The notes under the pieces are model-generated. The model was not told where the DNA came from. It was given only the letters and a program-made list of their open reading frames with translations, and did not search any database. Positions 37,527 through 46,430 of a stretch of DNA of 64,000 bases are shown here, one piece after another. Position 1 is the first letter of the stretch. Each line of letters starts with the position of its first letter. The position numbers were made by a program, and so were the translations under genes. Location: assembly GCA_004356455.1 (NCBI GenBank), contig SMWZ01000147.1, forward strand, positions 128 through 64,127, written 5' to 3'. Source of the DNA: Deltaproteobacteria bacterium. Lineage in GTDB: Bacteria > Myxococcota_A > UBA9160 > SZUA-336.

Positions 37527-38521
37527 GCCGGCATTTCCCAACCCGCGAGAGCACGCTTCAGGTGCTTGGCCAGGGGAGCCAGGCTTGCGGGGTTCTCGAT
37601 GGCGCGCACGAGGTAGGGCAGGGAGACGATAGAGCTGCCGCATCCGCGCTCGAGCTGCTTCAGGAAGCCGCGCTGCAGCGACGATCGGCGCACGCGGTAC
37701 TCGACACAGGTTCGCAAGAGCTCCGGATCCAGCAGAGGGGCGTCCCGGGCGGGCGGCGTAAGCCGCGCGAGCGTCGAGAGGACGGTCTCCAGCTGCGGCA
37801 GCTCGGGACCGGGCTCCACGGCGTTCGCGATCACGGGGCCGATGGTCATCCCCAGCCCTGCCATACGCGCACACAGCTCCAGCGTCTCACTTACGGGGAG
37901 CTCCTCCGCGAGCGTGACCGGCAAGACGAGCGTGCGCTGAGGGTCCTGAAGCAGGTCCTGCACCCAGTCGGTGTGTCTTCGCAGCGGTCCCAGCTGGACG
38001 CTGTCCAGCACCACCTTGGGCACGGAAAGGAAGGAGATACCGTGTCCCGTGGCTGGCCCATCCACGATCAGCAGGGGCCAGCGAGGTCGCTCACCCTGCA
38101 TCCTGGACTGGAGGTACCACAGCTTGCCGAGCGTGATCAGGGCGCGCCATCCCGGCGCGGCGTCCAGCATGCGCCGGAAGCCCTTGTTACGCACGACCGC
38201 ATTGACGATGCGGCGAACGCGCAGCTGGAGCTCGAGGTACTCGATCAGAGCCACTTCGGGAACGATGCGGAGCGTGAAGAGATGAGGCGCCAGCTGGATG
38301 GGATCCCGGCCACCGTCCGTCTGGAGCGTGGCCGGATCATCGCTCAGCAGCCGGGGCAGCAGTGGCGTTTCGCCCAGCTCGATGACGACCGTGTCGATAC
38401 CCTGGCGGGCGCTCAGCAGGCCGAGAGCCGCGGCGATGGTGGTCTTTCCTGTACCCCCTTTTCCGGTCACGATCAGCAAGCGCCGCTGGCTGAGCGCCGC
38501 GAGCCCCTCATTCACCCGCAT
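37523..38521 (-). CDS. ArsA/Get3-family P-loop ATPase (first of tandem pair)
   Basis: IVTGKGGTGKTTIAAAL deviant Walker A and VDGPATGHG. Confidence 0.85.
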   Translation of the reverse strand: MRVNEGLAALSQRRLLIVTGKGGTGKTTIAAALGLLSARQGIDTVVIELGETPLLPRLLSDDPATLQTDGGRDPIQLAPHLFTLRIVPEVALIEYLELQLRVRRIVNAVVRNKGFRRMLDAAPGWRALITLGKLWYLQSRMQGERPRWPLLIVDGPATGHGISFLSVPKVVLDSVQLGPLRRHTDWVQDLLQDPQRTLVLPVTLAEELPVSETLELCARMAGLGMTIGPVIANAVEPGPELPQLETVLSTLARLTPPARDAPLLDPELLRTCVEYRVRRSSLQRGFLKQLERGCGSSIVSLPYLVRAIENPASLAPLAKHLKRALAGWEMPA

Positions 38522-38599
38522 ACCTCAAGCGCACTCCGATCTTCGCCGACGCGCAGCGTGGGAACGTGCGTGTTCGCGCGCCAAGGGATCCGTGCAGCG

Positions 38600-39673
38600 A
38601 TGGTCGTTGTCTGCAAAAACTGTGAGACCCGCTTCAACCTGCCGGATGAAAAGATTCCGCCCGGGGGGGCCAAAGTGCGCTGCTCCCGCTGTGAGCACGC
38701 CTTTCACGTAGACCCCCCGGGGCCGCTCGAAGCTCGCCCCTCACCCGGCCGGCCCGAGGATACCGATACGGGCCGGCCCGAGGAACCGGCTCCCTTCCGG
38801 GAGGACTCAGATCTGGAGCATCCGGAGTTCCTCTTCGGGGTCGATGAGGCTGACGAGGCAGCCGGGAAGTCGGAGGAAGGGGTTCTGGGCGGCGCGGCCA
38901 GCGATGACTTCGATCTCGGCGAGATCGATGAGCCGCCGCCCGAGCTCGGCACCATCGATGCCGATCTGAGCCCGCCCGACGACGGCCTCCAGCTGGTCAG
39001 CGAGGTGGAGGCGCGAGAGCAGGAGTCGGAGGATAGCGAGCCCGGAGACTCCTGGGACCCCTTCGATGACGGCCTGGCCACCCCGCCCCCGCTGCGGGCC
39101 CGGGAGCCGATTCCCGTCCGCTCCGGCCAGGGCTTCGCCGAGCAGGAGTTCGAGCGGGCGGACGCCTCGGAGGGGGAGGAGAAAGCGGCTCCCGCCGCCC
39201 GGGCGAAGCGCAGGGGGCCTGGCCGGCTGGCGCCGTTGCTGGCTACGGTCGTGGGCGTGTTTCTGATCGTGGGTGGGCTGCGCGCGCTCAAGTTGTATGC
39301 GATCGACCATGAGCCGGGTCCGCCGAGCGTGCGGACGACTGGCTGGATCGCGACCGATATCCACGCCATGTACGTGCGCGACGCCAGTGGCCGCCGGGTC
39401 CTGGTCGTGCGCGGGAACCTTGCCTCGGATGGCTCCACACGCACCCCAAAGGTGTGGGCCACGCTGCTCGATGCGGACGGGGAGGCGCTGGGCTCCTCCG
39501 TCTCCGGGCTGATGACCCGGCTCGAGGTCGCGGAGTTGGGGCCCGGGGCTCTGAAGAGGCGCTTCGACTCGCCGGCCCGATCACGGATTATCGGCAGGAT
39601 CAAGGGCTTCACCGTGCTGATCCCCGACCCCTCCGAGGAGGCACGCCGCTACCGCGTCGAGCTCACGCTCTAG
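38600..39673 (+). CDS. MJ0042-type zinc-ribbon protein with acidic disordered linker, one TM and a DUF3426-like C-terminal domain
   Basis: MVVVCKNCETRFNLPDEKIPPGGAKVRCSRCEHAF zinc ribbon. True start is ATG 38600. The tracked ORF from 37562 is antisense to the ATPase gene. Confidence 0.75.
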   Translation: MVVVCKNCETRFNLPDEKIPPGGAKVRCSRCEHAFHVDPPGPLEARPSPGRPEDTDTGRPEEPAPFREDSDLEHPEFLFGVDEADEAAGKSEEGVLGGAASDDFDLGEIDEPPPELGTIDADLSPPDDGLQLVSEVEAREQESEDSEPGDSWDPFDDGLATPPPLRAREPIPVRSGQGFAEQEFERADASEGEEKAAPAARAKRRGPGRLAPLLATVVGVFLIVGGLRALKLYAIDHEPGPPSVRTTGWIATDIHAMYVRDASGRRVLVVRGNLASDGSTRTPKVWATLLDADGEALGSSVSGLMTRLEVAELGPGALKRRFDSPARSRIIGRIKGFTVLIPDPSEEARRYRVELTL

Positions 39674-39689
39674 GGGGCACTCCGCCCCG

Positions 39690-39893
39690 TCAGCGCTCCG
39701 ATTCGTCCTGCTTCTGCTCCGGATCCTTGTTGGGCGTGACGTCGATCTCGGGTGGCTCACGCAGGGCCGCGCGAAAGTTCTTGATCCCCTTCCCGAGGCC
39801 CTCACCGATCTGCGGCAGTCGGGTGGCGCCGAAAATCAGTACGATGATCACGAGGATCATCAGCAGCTCTGGGATTCCCAGCCCGAACATCAT
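39690..39893 (-). CDS. tatA: twin-arginine translocase subunit TatA/E
   Basis: [41 protein letters not shown]. Start at ATG 39893. Confidence 0.9.
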   Translation of the reverse strand: MMFGLGIPELLMILVIIVLIFGATRLPQIGEGLGKGIKNFRAALREPPEIDVTPNKDPEQKQDESER

Positions 39894-39953
39894 GGGCAGG
39901 GTGCTGCAGCCCCGGGTTGAAGTCAACGGAGCCAGACGGAACCTTCAGGACGC

Positions 39954-41306
39954 ATGAAGCCAGCGATTTTCAAGGCCTACGACATCCGCGGCATCTACCC
40001 CGACGAGCTGGACGCAGACGCGGCGCTCGCCATTGGAGGAGCGCTTGCAAGCTTCCTGGGTGGTGGTCCCATCGTGCTGGCCCGGGACATGCGTGTGAGT
40101 GGAGTGGCTCTGCGCGAGGCCCTCGTTTCGGGACTGCTGGCCGAGGGCGTGGAGGTGATCGACATCGGTCGGGTCGCCACCCCGATGGTCTACTTCGCGA
40201 CGACGAGGTTCGAGGCGGCCGGAGGCGTGATGATCACCGCGTCCCACAATCCCGGGGCGTACAATGGATTCAAGCTATGCGGTCCGTCGGCGGTGCCCAT
40301 CGGCATCGAGACGGGCATGAAGCAGATCCGCGCGCTGGCCGAAGATCGGTTCGGCCGAGCGGTCGGGCCCCCGCGTGCGCAGCTGCGCGAGCAGAGCATC
40401 GATGCGGAGTACTACACGAGTCTGCTCGAGATGTTCCCCGGCCGCCCCCGGCTGCGCGTAGCGATCGACGCCGGCAACGGCATTGCGGGCGCCGCGATCT
40501 CGGGTCTTCTGGAGCAGCTGCCTCTCGAGGTCACCCGGCTCTACTTCGAGCCCGACGGGTCATTTCCCAACCACGAGGCCGATCCGCTCAAGCTCGAGAA
40601 CCTAGAGGATCTTCGCCATGCGGTGAAGTCTGTGGGGGCGGACCTGGGGATCGCCTTCGATGGAGACGGGGACCGCGCGGTGTTCGTCGATGCGAGCGGA
40701 GATCCTATCCCGGCCGACCTGATGACGGGGTTGCTTGCCGGCGTCGTGCTCGAGCACCGCCTGCTCGGAGCGGGACCGGGTGCACACGTGATCTACGATC
40801 TGCGCTGCAGTCGCGTGGTTCCCGAGTGCATCCGGGAGGGGGGAGGGATCCCGGAGCGGAGCCGCGTTGGGCACGCGTTCATGAAGCAGCTGATGCGCGA
40901 AACGGATGCGTGCTTCGGGGGCGAGCTCTCGGGGCACTACTACTTCCGTTTTCCCAGCGGCTATGTCGCAGACGACGCGGCCGCCGCGATGCTGCTGCTG
41001 CTGCAGGCGCTCGAGCTCGGGGGTCGGCCGCTGGCGGAGCTCTCAGCTCCGCTACGACGCTACTTCCAGAGCGGCGAGGTCAATCGCAGCGTGCGGGACG
41101 TGTCCGCGACCCTGGAAAGAGTGGCCCGCGCCTTTCCAGACGGGAAGGCGGACGGGCTCGATGGGCTCACCATCTCCTTTCCCGACTGGTGGTTCAACCT
41201 GCGTCCATCGAACACCGAGCCGCTGCTGCGGCTCAATGTCGAAGCGTCGAGCGAGGAAGAGATGGTGGCGCGTCGCGACGCGGTCCTCGCCTTGATCGAC
41301 GCGTAG
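39954..41306 (+). CDS. phosphomannomutase/phosphoglucomutase
   Basis: FKAYDIRG, TASHNP (catalytic Ser loop), FDGDGDR and GELSGH motifs. Confidence 0.92.
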   Translation: MKPAIFKAYDIRGIYPDELDADAALAIGGALASFLGGGPIVLARDMRVSGVALREALVSGLLAEGVEVIDIGRVATPMVYFATTRFEAAGGVMITASHNPGAYNGFKLCGPSAVPIGIETGMKQIRALAEDRFGRAVGPPRAQLREQSIDAEYYTSLLEMFPGRPRLRVAIDAGNGIAGAAISGLLEQLPLEVTRLYFEPDGSFPNHEADPLKLENLEDLRHAVKSVGADLGIAFDGDGDRAVFVDASGDPIPADLMTGLLAGVVLEHRLLGAGPGAHVIYDLRCSRVVPECIREGGGIPERSRVGHAFMKQLMRETDACFGGELSGHYYFRFPSGYVADDAAAAMLLLLQALELGGRPLAELSAPLRRYFQSGEVNRSVRDVSATLERVARAFPDGKADGLDGLTISFPDWWFNLRPSNTEPLLRLNVEASSEEEMVARRDAVLALIDA

Positions 41307-41315
41307 GCTGCAACG

Positions 41316-42119
41316 GTGGCCGTGCGTCGCTCCGGTTTCTTTGCTGGCGCTGCCAGCCTGAGCACTGCCCTGCGCTTGCTTCGCTCGCACTCCGAGCTCT
41401 GGGTCTGGTGTGCGCTCCCGTTTCTGGTGAACCTCGCCGCCTTCGCGCTGGCCGTGTCCGTCTTTTGGACCTACTGGGAGCCGCTCAGCGAGAGCGCGGC
41501 GGCGCTTCTCCCCACGGCGGATCCAAAAGTCTGGTACGGCTGGCTCTGGGCGGGGCCCCTGCGCGTGCTGGCCTGGTTGCTGAAGTGGATTCTGATGGGG
41601 CTCTTCGGGGTTGTGCTCTATTTTTTGTTCACGCTGCTCGGGGGCGTGGCTGCCTCGCCCTTCCTCGACGTGCTCTCGCGACGGGTGGAGCGGCTGCGAA
41701 GTGGAGCCGTGCTGGAGGAGTCGCAGACGGGCCTGCGGGCTGCGCTCACGGGGTCGCTGCGGGTGGTGATCGAGGAAGGTCGGCGCACGCTCTTTTTGCT
41801 CGGCGGCTGGCTCGCCTTCTTCCTGCTCGGCTGGGTGCCGGGTCTGCAGCCGCTCGCCTTCCTGGGAGCGCTGCTCTTCGCCATGTTCTTTGCGCCCCTC
41901 GACTACACCGGCTACCTGCTGGACCGGCGCGGCATCCCCTTCCGTGAGCGCCGTCGCTGGCTCTGGCAGCACCGGCGCGCGATGCTTGGCTTCGGCGCGA
42001 CCGCACTCGGTACCTTTCTCGTTCCGGGGCTGAACTTCCTGTGTCTACCCTGGCTCGTGTGCGCGGGCACACTGCTCGCGCTCGACCTCGGCCCGCCTAC
42101 TCCGGCGGAGCCCTCCTGA
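41316..42119 (+). CDS. CysZ/EI24-family membrane protein
   Basis: ALPFLVNL, ASPFLDVLSRRVE, PLDYTGYLLDRRGIPFRERR and PGLNFLCLPWLVCAGT parallel E. coli CysZ blocks as I recall them. GTG start. Confidence 0.75.
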   Translation: MAVRRSGFFAGAASLSTALRLLRSHSELWVWCALPFLVNLAAFALAVSVFWTYWEPLSESAAALLPTADPKVWYGWLWAGPLRVLAWLLKWILMGLFGVVLYFLFTLLGGVAASPFLDVLSRRVERLRSGAVLEESQTGLRAALTGSLRVVIEEGRRTLFLLGGWLAFFLLGWVPGLQPLAFLGALLFAMFFAPLDYTGYLLDRRGIPFRERRRWLWQHRRAMLGFGATALGTFLVPGLNFLCLPWLVCAGTLLALDLGPPTPAEPS

Positions 42120-42120
42120 A

Positions 42121-42858
42121 TCAGGCGCTCAGGCGCAACGCCAGGTCGCGTACGCTTCGAGCCGTGCTCCCCTCCTCATCCACGTCGAGCACCGAGAGTC
42201 CGTGGAGCAGGGAACGGAAGATGGCCGGACCCCGGTGCAGCTCGCCCAGGTCTTCGAGCTCGAGCCCGAGCTGGCGCTGCGCCGCCCGTGCCAGTTTTCC
42301 GAGCGTGTCCTGGACCTCGGAGCTGCTGTTCGCGCCCACCCGCACCGCGCCCACCCGCAGCTCGGGCATGAGCGGGCCGAGCTGGCGCAACAGACCCAGC
42401 GCCTGCCCCGGTCCCAAAGGCGTGGCCTCGAGCGGCACCAGCACACCATCCACCGAGCCCGGTGCAAGCTGCTGGAGCAGGGTCCCGAGCGTGGCGGGAG
42501 GTAGCAGGACGAAGCTGCGCGTTCCGGGCGGCCGCTGCTGCAGGCTACGCTCCAGCCCTTCGGCACCTGCGTCTGCGAGGTCGATCTCCTGCCAGGAAAC
42601 CTCGGGTGCGCGAGGCAGCAGGCGATGGCGCGGAAACGGGGCCAGGATCTCGGCGCGCGCTCCGTCCCGGGCGGTCGCTACCGCCAGATCGATCGCGAGC
42701 GCGCAGCTCAGCAGTCGTTCAGCACTGGCCGGAAGACACCAGACTATGGCGGAGGTGGGAAGTTGCGCCCGCGTGGTCTGCACCTGCGCGCGCGCCTCGC
42801 ACTGCTCGTCTTCGGGGATGAAATAGTGAAGTACGTCACCCAGGCCCCTGCGCCGCAC
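42121..42858 (-). CDS. MinD/ParA-like protein lacking a P-loop (degenerate paralogue)
   Basis: The C-terminal half resembles ParA/MinD (VLLPPATLG.., VGANSSSEVQDTLGKL.., LGELHRGPAIFRSLLHGLSVLDVDEEGSTARSVRDLALRL). The KGGxGK[ST] position reads CLPASAER. Confidence 0.5.
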   Translation of the reverse strand: MRRRGLGDVLHYFIPEDEQCEARAQVQTTRAQLPTSAIVWCLPASAERLLSCALAIDLAVATARDGARAEILAPFPRHRLLPRAPEVSWQEIDLADAGAEGLERSLQQRPPGTRSFVLLPPATLGTLLQQLAPGSVDGVLVPLEATPLGPGQALGLLRQLGPLMPELRVGAVRVGANSSSEVQDTLGKLARAAQRQLGLELEDLGELHRGPAIFRSLLHGLSVLDVDEEGSTARSVRDLALRLSA

Positions 42859-42899
42859 GTCCCGACCTCCGGTAGACGCGGCGCGCCCCAGCGCCGCGC

Positions 42900-43979
42900 T
42901 CAGCTGATGATGATCACCGAGTTTATACCACCCGCCGGTCCCTCGACGGAGCGAGGGTTACTTGGATCGGGCATCCAATCCCCGTCGACCTTGTAGCGGT
43001 ACTGGTATACGCCGGGTCCGAGTCGGACGATCATCTCCCAGGTGCCGTTCGGCCCGCGGCGTGTCTCCACGTCCTTGTTTGCCACCCAGTCGTTGAAGTC
43101 CCCCGCGAGCTGTACCTCCCCTGCGCTGGTGCTCTTGTAGGTGAAGACGACGCCCTTGGCCCCCGCCGCCTTGGGCTGAGGCATCTCCTCCTCCTCTTCC
43201 GCGTGCTGGATGCGGTCGAAGAGCAGCTCCAACGCGAGTGACATGTAGTCGACGAAGCCGTAGCAGCGCCGGTCGAGCTTGCTGATCGGGAGCCCGCGCT
43301 GGGCCGCCTCGCGTAGCCGCACGTTCTGCCGAATCACGGTGTCGAAGACCAGGTCCTTATAGGTCTCCCGGATCTCGGCCAGGGCACGCTTGGCGAAGCG
43401 CGTGCGGCCATCGAAGAGCGTGGGCAGGATGCGGATGGAGAGCTGGTGACCGACCCGGTCCTCCAGCAGGCCGATCGTCTCGAGCAGCTTCCCGACTCCG
43501 TGCATGGCGTAGTAGCTGGTCTCGAGCGGAATGATGACCTCCTGGGCCGCCCGCAGGGCGTTGAAGGTGAGGATCCCCACGTTCGGGGGACAGTCGATCA
43601 GGACGAAGTCATAGGGTTTGGGGAGCAGCTCCAGGGCCTTGGCCAGACGCTCCGTACGTCCCTTGGCTCCCTCGGCGGCGAGCTTCTGCTCGAGGGCCGA
43701 GAGGATCACGCCCGAGGGCGCGACATCGAGGTTCTCGTCGGCGGGCACGGTCACCTCGTCCAGGCGGGCGCTGGGGGCGCCGTCCTCCGCCAGCACCTCG
43801 TACAGGTTCTCCTCAAGCTGCTCGGGGTCCAGGCCTAGCCCGAGCGTGGCGTGTGCCTGGGGGTCGATGTCGATCACGAGCACACGGTGTCCCTCGCTGG
43901 CGAGGCAGCCCGCAAGGTTGACGACCGTCGTGGTTTTGCCACACCCCCCCTTTTGGTTCATCACCGCTATGGTGCGCAT
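42900..43979 (-). CDS. ParA/Soj-type ATPase fused to a C-terminal CBM48/AMPK-beta-like carbohydrate-binding domain
   Basis: IAVMNQKGGCGKTTTVVNLA deviant Walker A. C-terminal VVFTYKSTSAGEVQLAGDFNDWVANKD..GTWEMIVRLGPGVYQYRYKVDGDWMPDPSNP matches the AMPK1_CBM pattern. ATG 43979 has a GGAGGAG RBS. Confidence 0.8.
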   Translation of the reverse strand: MRTIAVMNQKGGCGKTTTVVNLAGCLASEGHRVLVIDIDPQAHATLGLGLDPEQLEENLYEVLAEDGAPSARLDEVTVPADENLDVAPSGVILSALEQKLAAEGAKGRTERLAKALELLPKPYDFVLIDCPPNVGILTFNALRAAQEVIIPLETSYYAMHGVGKLLETIGLLEDRVGHQLSIRILPTLFDGRTRFAKRALAEIRETYKDLVFDTVIRQNVRLREAAQRGLPISKLDRRCYGFVDYMSLALELLFDRIQHAEEEEEMPQPKAAGAKGVVFTYKSTSAGEVQLAGDFNDWVANKDVETRRGPNGTWEMIVRLGPGVYQYRYKVDGDWMPDPSNPRSVEGPAGGINSVIIIS

Positions 43980-44262
43980 AATGTCTCTCCTCCGCGTCCG
44001 GCATGGTAGGGAGGAACGAGGCGTAGACCGCGCATGCAAGCGGGGCTGCCCCACGGGGTCGGCTGCGGATTTCTTGGCTTTTTAGGGTTAACTGAGCGCA
44101 GAGGAGGGGAAGCAGGGGGAGGCTGGCTGCGCGGAGGTGAGGCACGTGCCCGCCAGGATCGCGTCATCCCCGGCTGCACTGACGAAGCCCGAGCGCTACT
44201 GAAATAGAGCGCCTTCAATCCTCCCACCCCTACGTAACATTTAACAGTAGCCAAAATTCGAG

Positions 44263-45213
44263 ATGGTCAACAGCGCCACCCGCACCAGCGCCCCGGTCGC
44301 GGTGATCGATTTGGGGTCCAATACGGTCCTGCTGCTCGTAATCGAGCCTGGGGGGAAAGTGCTACGCGACGAGGCGCGAATTACACGCTTGGGCGAGGGT
44401 GTTTTCGCAACGGGGGTTTTAGACCCGGCAGCGGAGCTGCGCACGCGCAAGGTCGTGCGCGAGTTCGCCTCGCGCGCGCGTGCGCTTGGTGCGCAGCGGG
44501 TCGTGGGGGTCGGCACCGCGGCGCTGCGCCGCGCCCGTGACGGAGAGCGCGTGCTGCAAGAGCTGTGTGCCGAGGGAGCGCTCGATGCCGGCCACCTGCT
44601 GGATGGCCAGCAGGAGGCAGAGCTGTCGATCGCAGCCAGCCTCCGCGCCCGGGACCCGAGCCAGGGCCCTTTGCTGGTGATCGATGTGGGGGGAGGGAGC
44701 ACCGAGCTGGCCTGGACCAGGGGCCGGGACGAGGTACAGGGGGCGAGCCTGGCGCTGGGATCCGTGCGCCTGACCGAAGCTCACGTGAGCCGCCACCCGA
44801 TCCCGGCCGCGGAGCTGGCCGAGCTGCGGAACGCGGTGGAGCGCGGCAGCGCCGAGCTCGCGCACGCTCGCGGTCTGGACGGCAGCGGCGAGGTGGTGGC
44901 CGTGGCCGGTACCGCCACCACCCTGGCGGCGATGGAGCTACGCCTCTCTCGCTACGTCGCGGAGGCGGTCGAGGGTCTGGTGCTCGAGCGCCAGACGCTG
45001 TCGCGCTGGATCGCGGAGCTCTCACGGATGAGTGTAGGGGAGCGACGTCGCCTGCCGGGCTTGGAGCCCGGCCGGGCCGACGTGATTGTGGCCGGCCTCG
45101 TGATTCTGGAGGGGATGCTCGGAGCCATCGGCGCGGAACGCTTCCGCGTGAGCGGTCGTGGCCTGCGTTTCGGCGTCGCCTTCCGGCTTCTCGAAGGCCG
45201 CAACCTGGTTTGA
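44263..45213 (+). CDS. Ppx/GppA-family phosphatase (exopolyphosphatase-like)
   Basis: VAVIDLGSNTVLLLV, VIDVGGGSTEL and AVAGTATT motifs. Confidence 0.88.
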   Translation: MVNSATRTSAPVAVIDLGSNTVLLLVIEPGGKVLRDEARITRLGEGVFATGVLDPAAELRTRKVVREFASRARALGAQRVVGVGTAALRRARDGERVLQELCAEGALDAGHLLDGQQEAELSIAASLRARDPSQGPLLVIDVGGGSTELAWTRGRDEVQGASLALGSVRLTEAHVSRHPIPAAELAELRNAVERGSAELAHARGLDGSGEVVAVAGTATTLAAMELRLSRYVAEAVEGLVLERQTLSRWIAELSRMSVGERRRLPGLEPGRADVIVAGLVILEGMLGAIGAERFRVSGRGLRFGVAFRLLEGRNLV

Positions 45214-45228
45214 TAGGCTTGGAGTGTC

Positions 45229-46392
45229 GTGGCCAACTCAGCTCTCGTCGTCGTCGGGTCGGATGAACCGCGTCCGTTCATGCGGGGCATCCTGGTGCAG
45301 TCCCTCGTCTCGCGGGGTGTGCCGTTCGATGTGGCCCTCGAGACCGCGAACGAGATCCGTGGGCGCCTGGCGAACCAGGAGGAGGTCGCGCTCCACGATC
45401 TCTCCAAGCTCGTAGAGGAGCTGCTGGGGGATCGCTACGATCTCGAGGCGCTGCCCCTGCCGCCGGCGCAGGAGCCGCCGCAGGTGAGCGGTCCGCGCGG
45501 GACGTCCAGCCCCTTCTCGAAGGGCGTACTCGCGGTCTCACTTCAGGGCGCGGGTCTGGACCCGAATGACGCTTACGACGTGGCGCGCGAGCTCGAGGTT
45601 CGCCTGCTGCGCGAGGCGCGTCGCTCCATCGACCGCGTCGCGCTGCGCGACCTGGTGAGCGAGACCATCGAGCGCACGCACGGCTCCAAGGCTGCCGAGC
45701 GCTATCGCGTCTGGCGGCAGGCGCTCGAGGACGGTCGCCCGATCTTCTTGCTGCTGGGCGGTTCCACCGGCGTCGGCAAGACCTCGATCGCGGTCGAGGT
45801 CGCGCGCCGGCTGGAGATTTCGCGCGTGATTGGGACCGACTCCATCCGCCAGATCATGCGACTCATGTTCTCCGCTGACCTGATGCCCGAGATCCACTGC
45901 TCCACCTACGATGCCTACCGCGCGCTCCACCTGGAGTGGCCGGTCGAGGGGGGCGACGTCATCGTCGGCTTCCGAGAGCAGGCGCAGAAGATCGTGGTGG
46001 GGGTACACGCGCTTCTCGACCGGGCGGTCGAGGAGAATGTGAGCATGATGGTGGAGGGCGTGAACCTGCTGCCGGGCGTGCTACACCTCGACCGCTACCG
46101 CGAGAACGCGCACGTGATCTTCCTGGTCGTGGCCACGCTGGACAGCAAGGCGTACGCGGCCCGCTTCCAGTCGCGAGCAGCGACGGCGCGAGAGCGCGGG
46201 GCGGATCGCTACCTGAGATTCATGGACGAGATCCGCTCCATCCAGGATCATGTGCTGGCGGAAGCGGAGCAGCTTGGTCTGCCCATCATCGACAACGTGC
46301 GGCTCGATGACGCCGTGCTCTCGGTGACTCGCTCTGTCATCTCCACGCTCAAGAAGTCGATGTCGGACGCCGTCGATGAAGGTGCGTCCTAG
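45229..46392 (+). CDS. 2-phosphoglycerate kinase-like protein (ATP-cone-like N-terminal repeats plus P-loop kinase)
   Basis: FMRGILVQSL and FSKGVLAVSL repeats, then LLGGSTGVGKTSIAVEVA Walker A and GTDSIRQ. GTG start. Confidence 0.7.
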   Translation: MANSALVVVGSDEPRPFMRGILVQSLVSRGVPFDVALETANEIRGRLANQEEVALHDLSKLVEELLGDRYDLEALPLPPAQEPPQVSGPRGTSSPFSKGVLAVSLQGAGLDPNDAYDVARELEVRLLREARRSIDRVALRDLVSETIERTHGSKAAERYRVWRQALEDGRPIFLLLGGSTGVGKTSIAVEVARRLEISRVIGTDSIRQIMRLMFSADLMPEIHCSTYDAYRALHLEWPVEGGDVIVGFREQAQKIVVGVHALLDRAVEENVSMMVEGVNLLPGVLHLDRYRENAHVIFLVVATLDSKAYAARFQSRAATARERGADRYLRFMDEIRSIQDHVLAEAEQLGLPIIDNVRLDDAVLSVTRSVISTLKKSMSDAVDEGAS

Positions 46393-46430
46393 TGTCCTGT
46401 TCCGGGCGCTGCTAGAGGAAAATCAGCGAT

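Noticed and set aside
39917-41947. 676-aa plus-strand ORF overlapping the phosphomannomutase gene in another frame
   Set aside because: The 39954-41306 frame carries the TASHNP, FDGDGDR and GELSGH motifs. The 676-aa frame is Arg/Gly/Ala-rich nonsense that spans two real genes.
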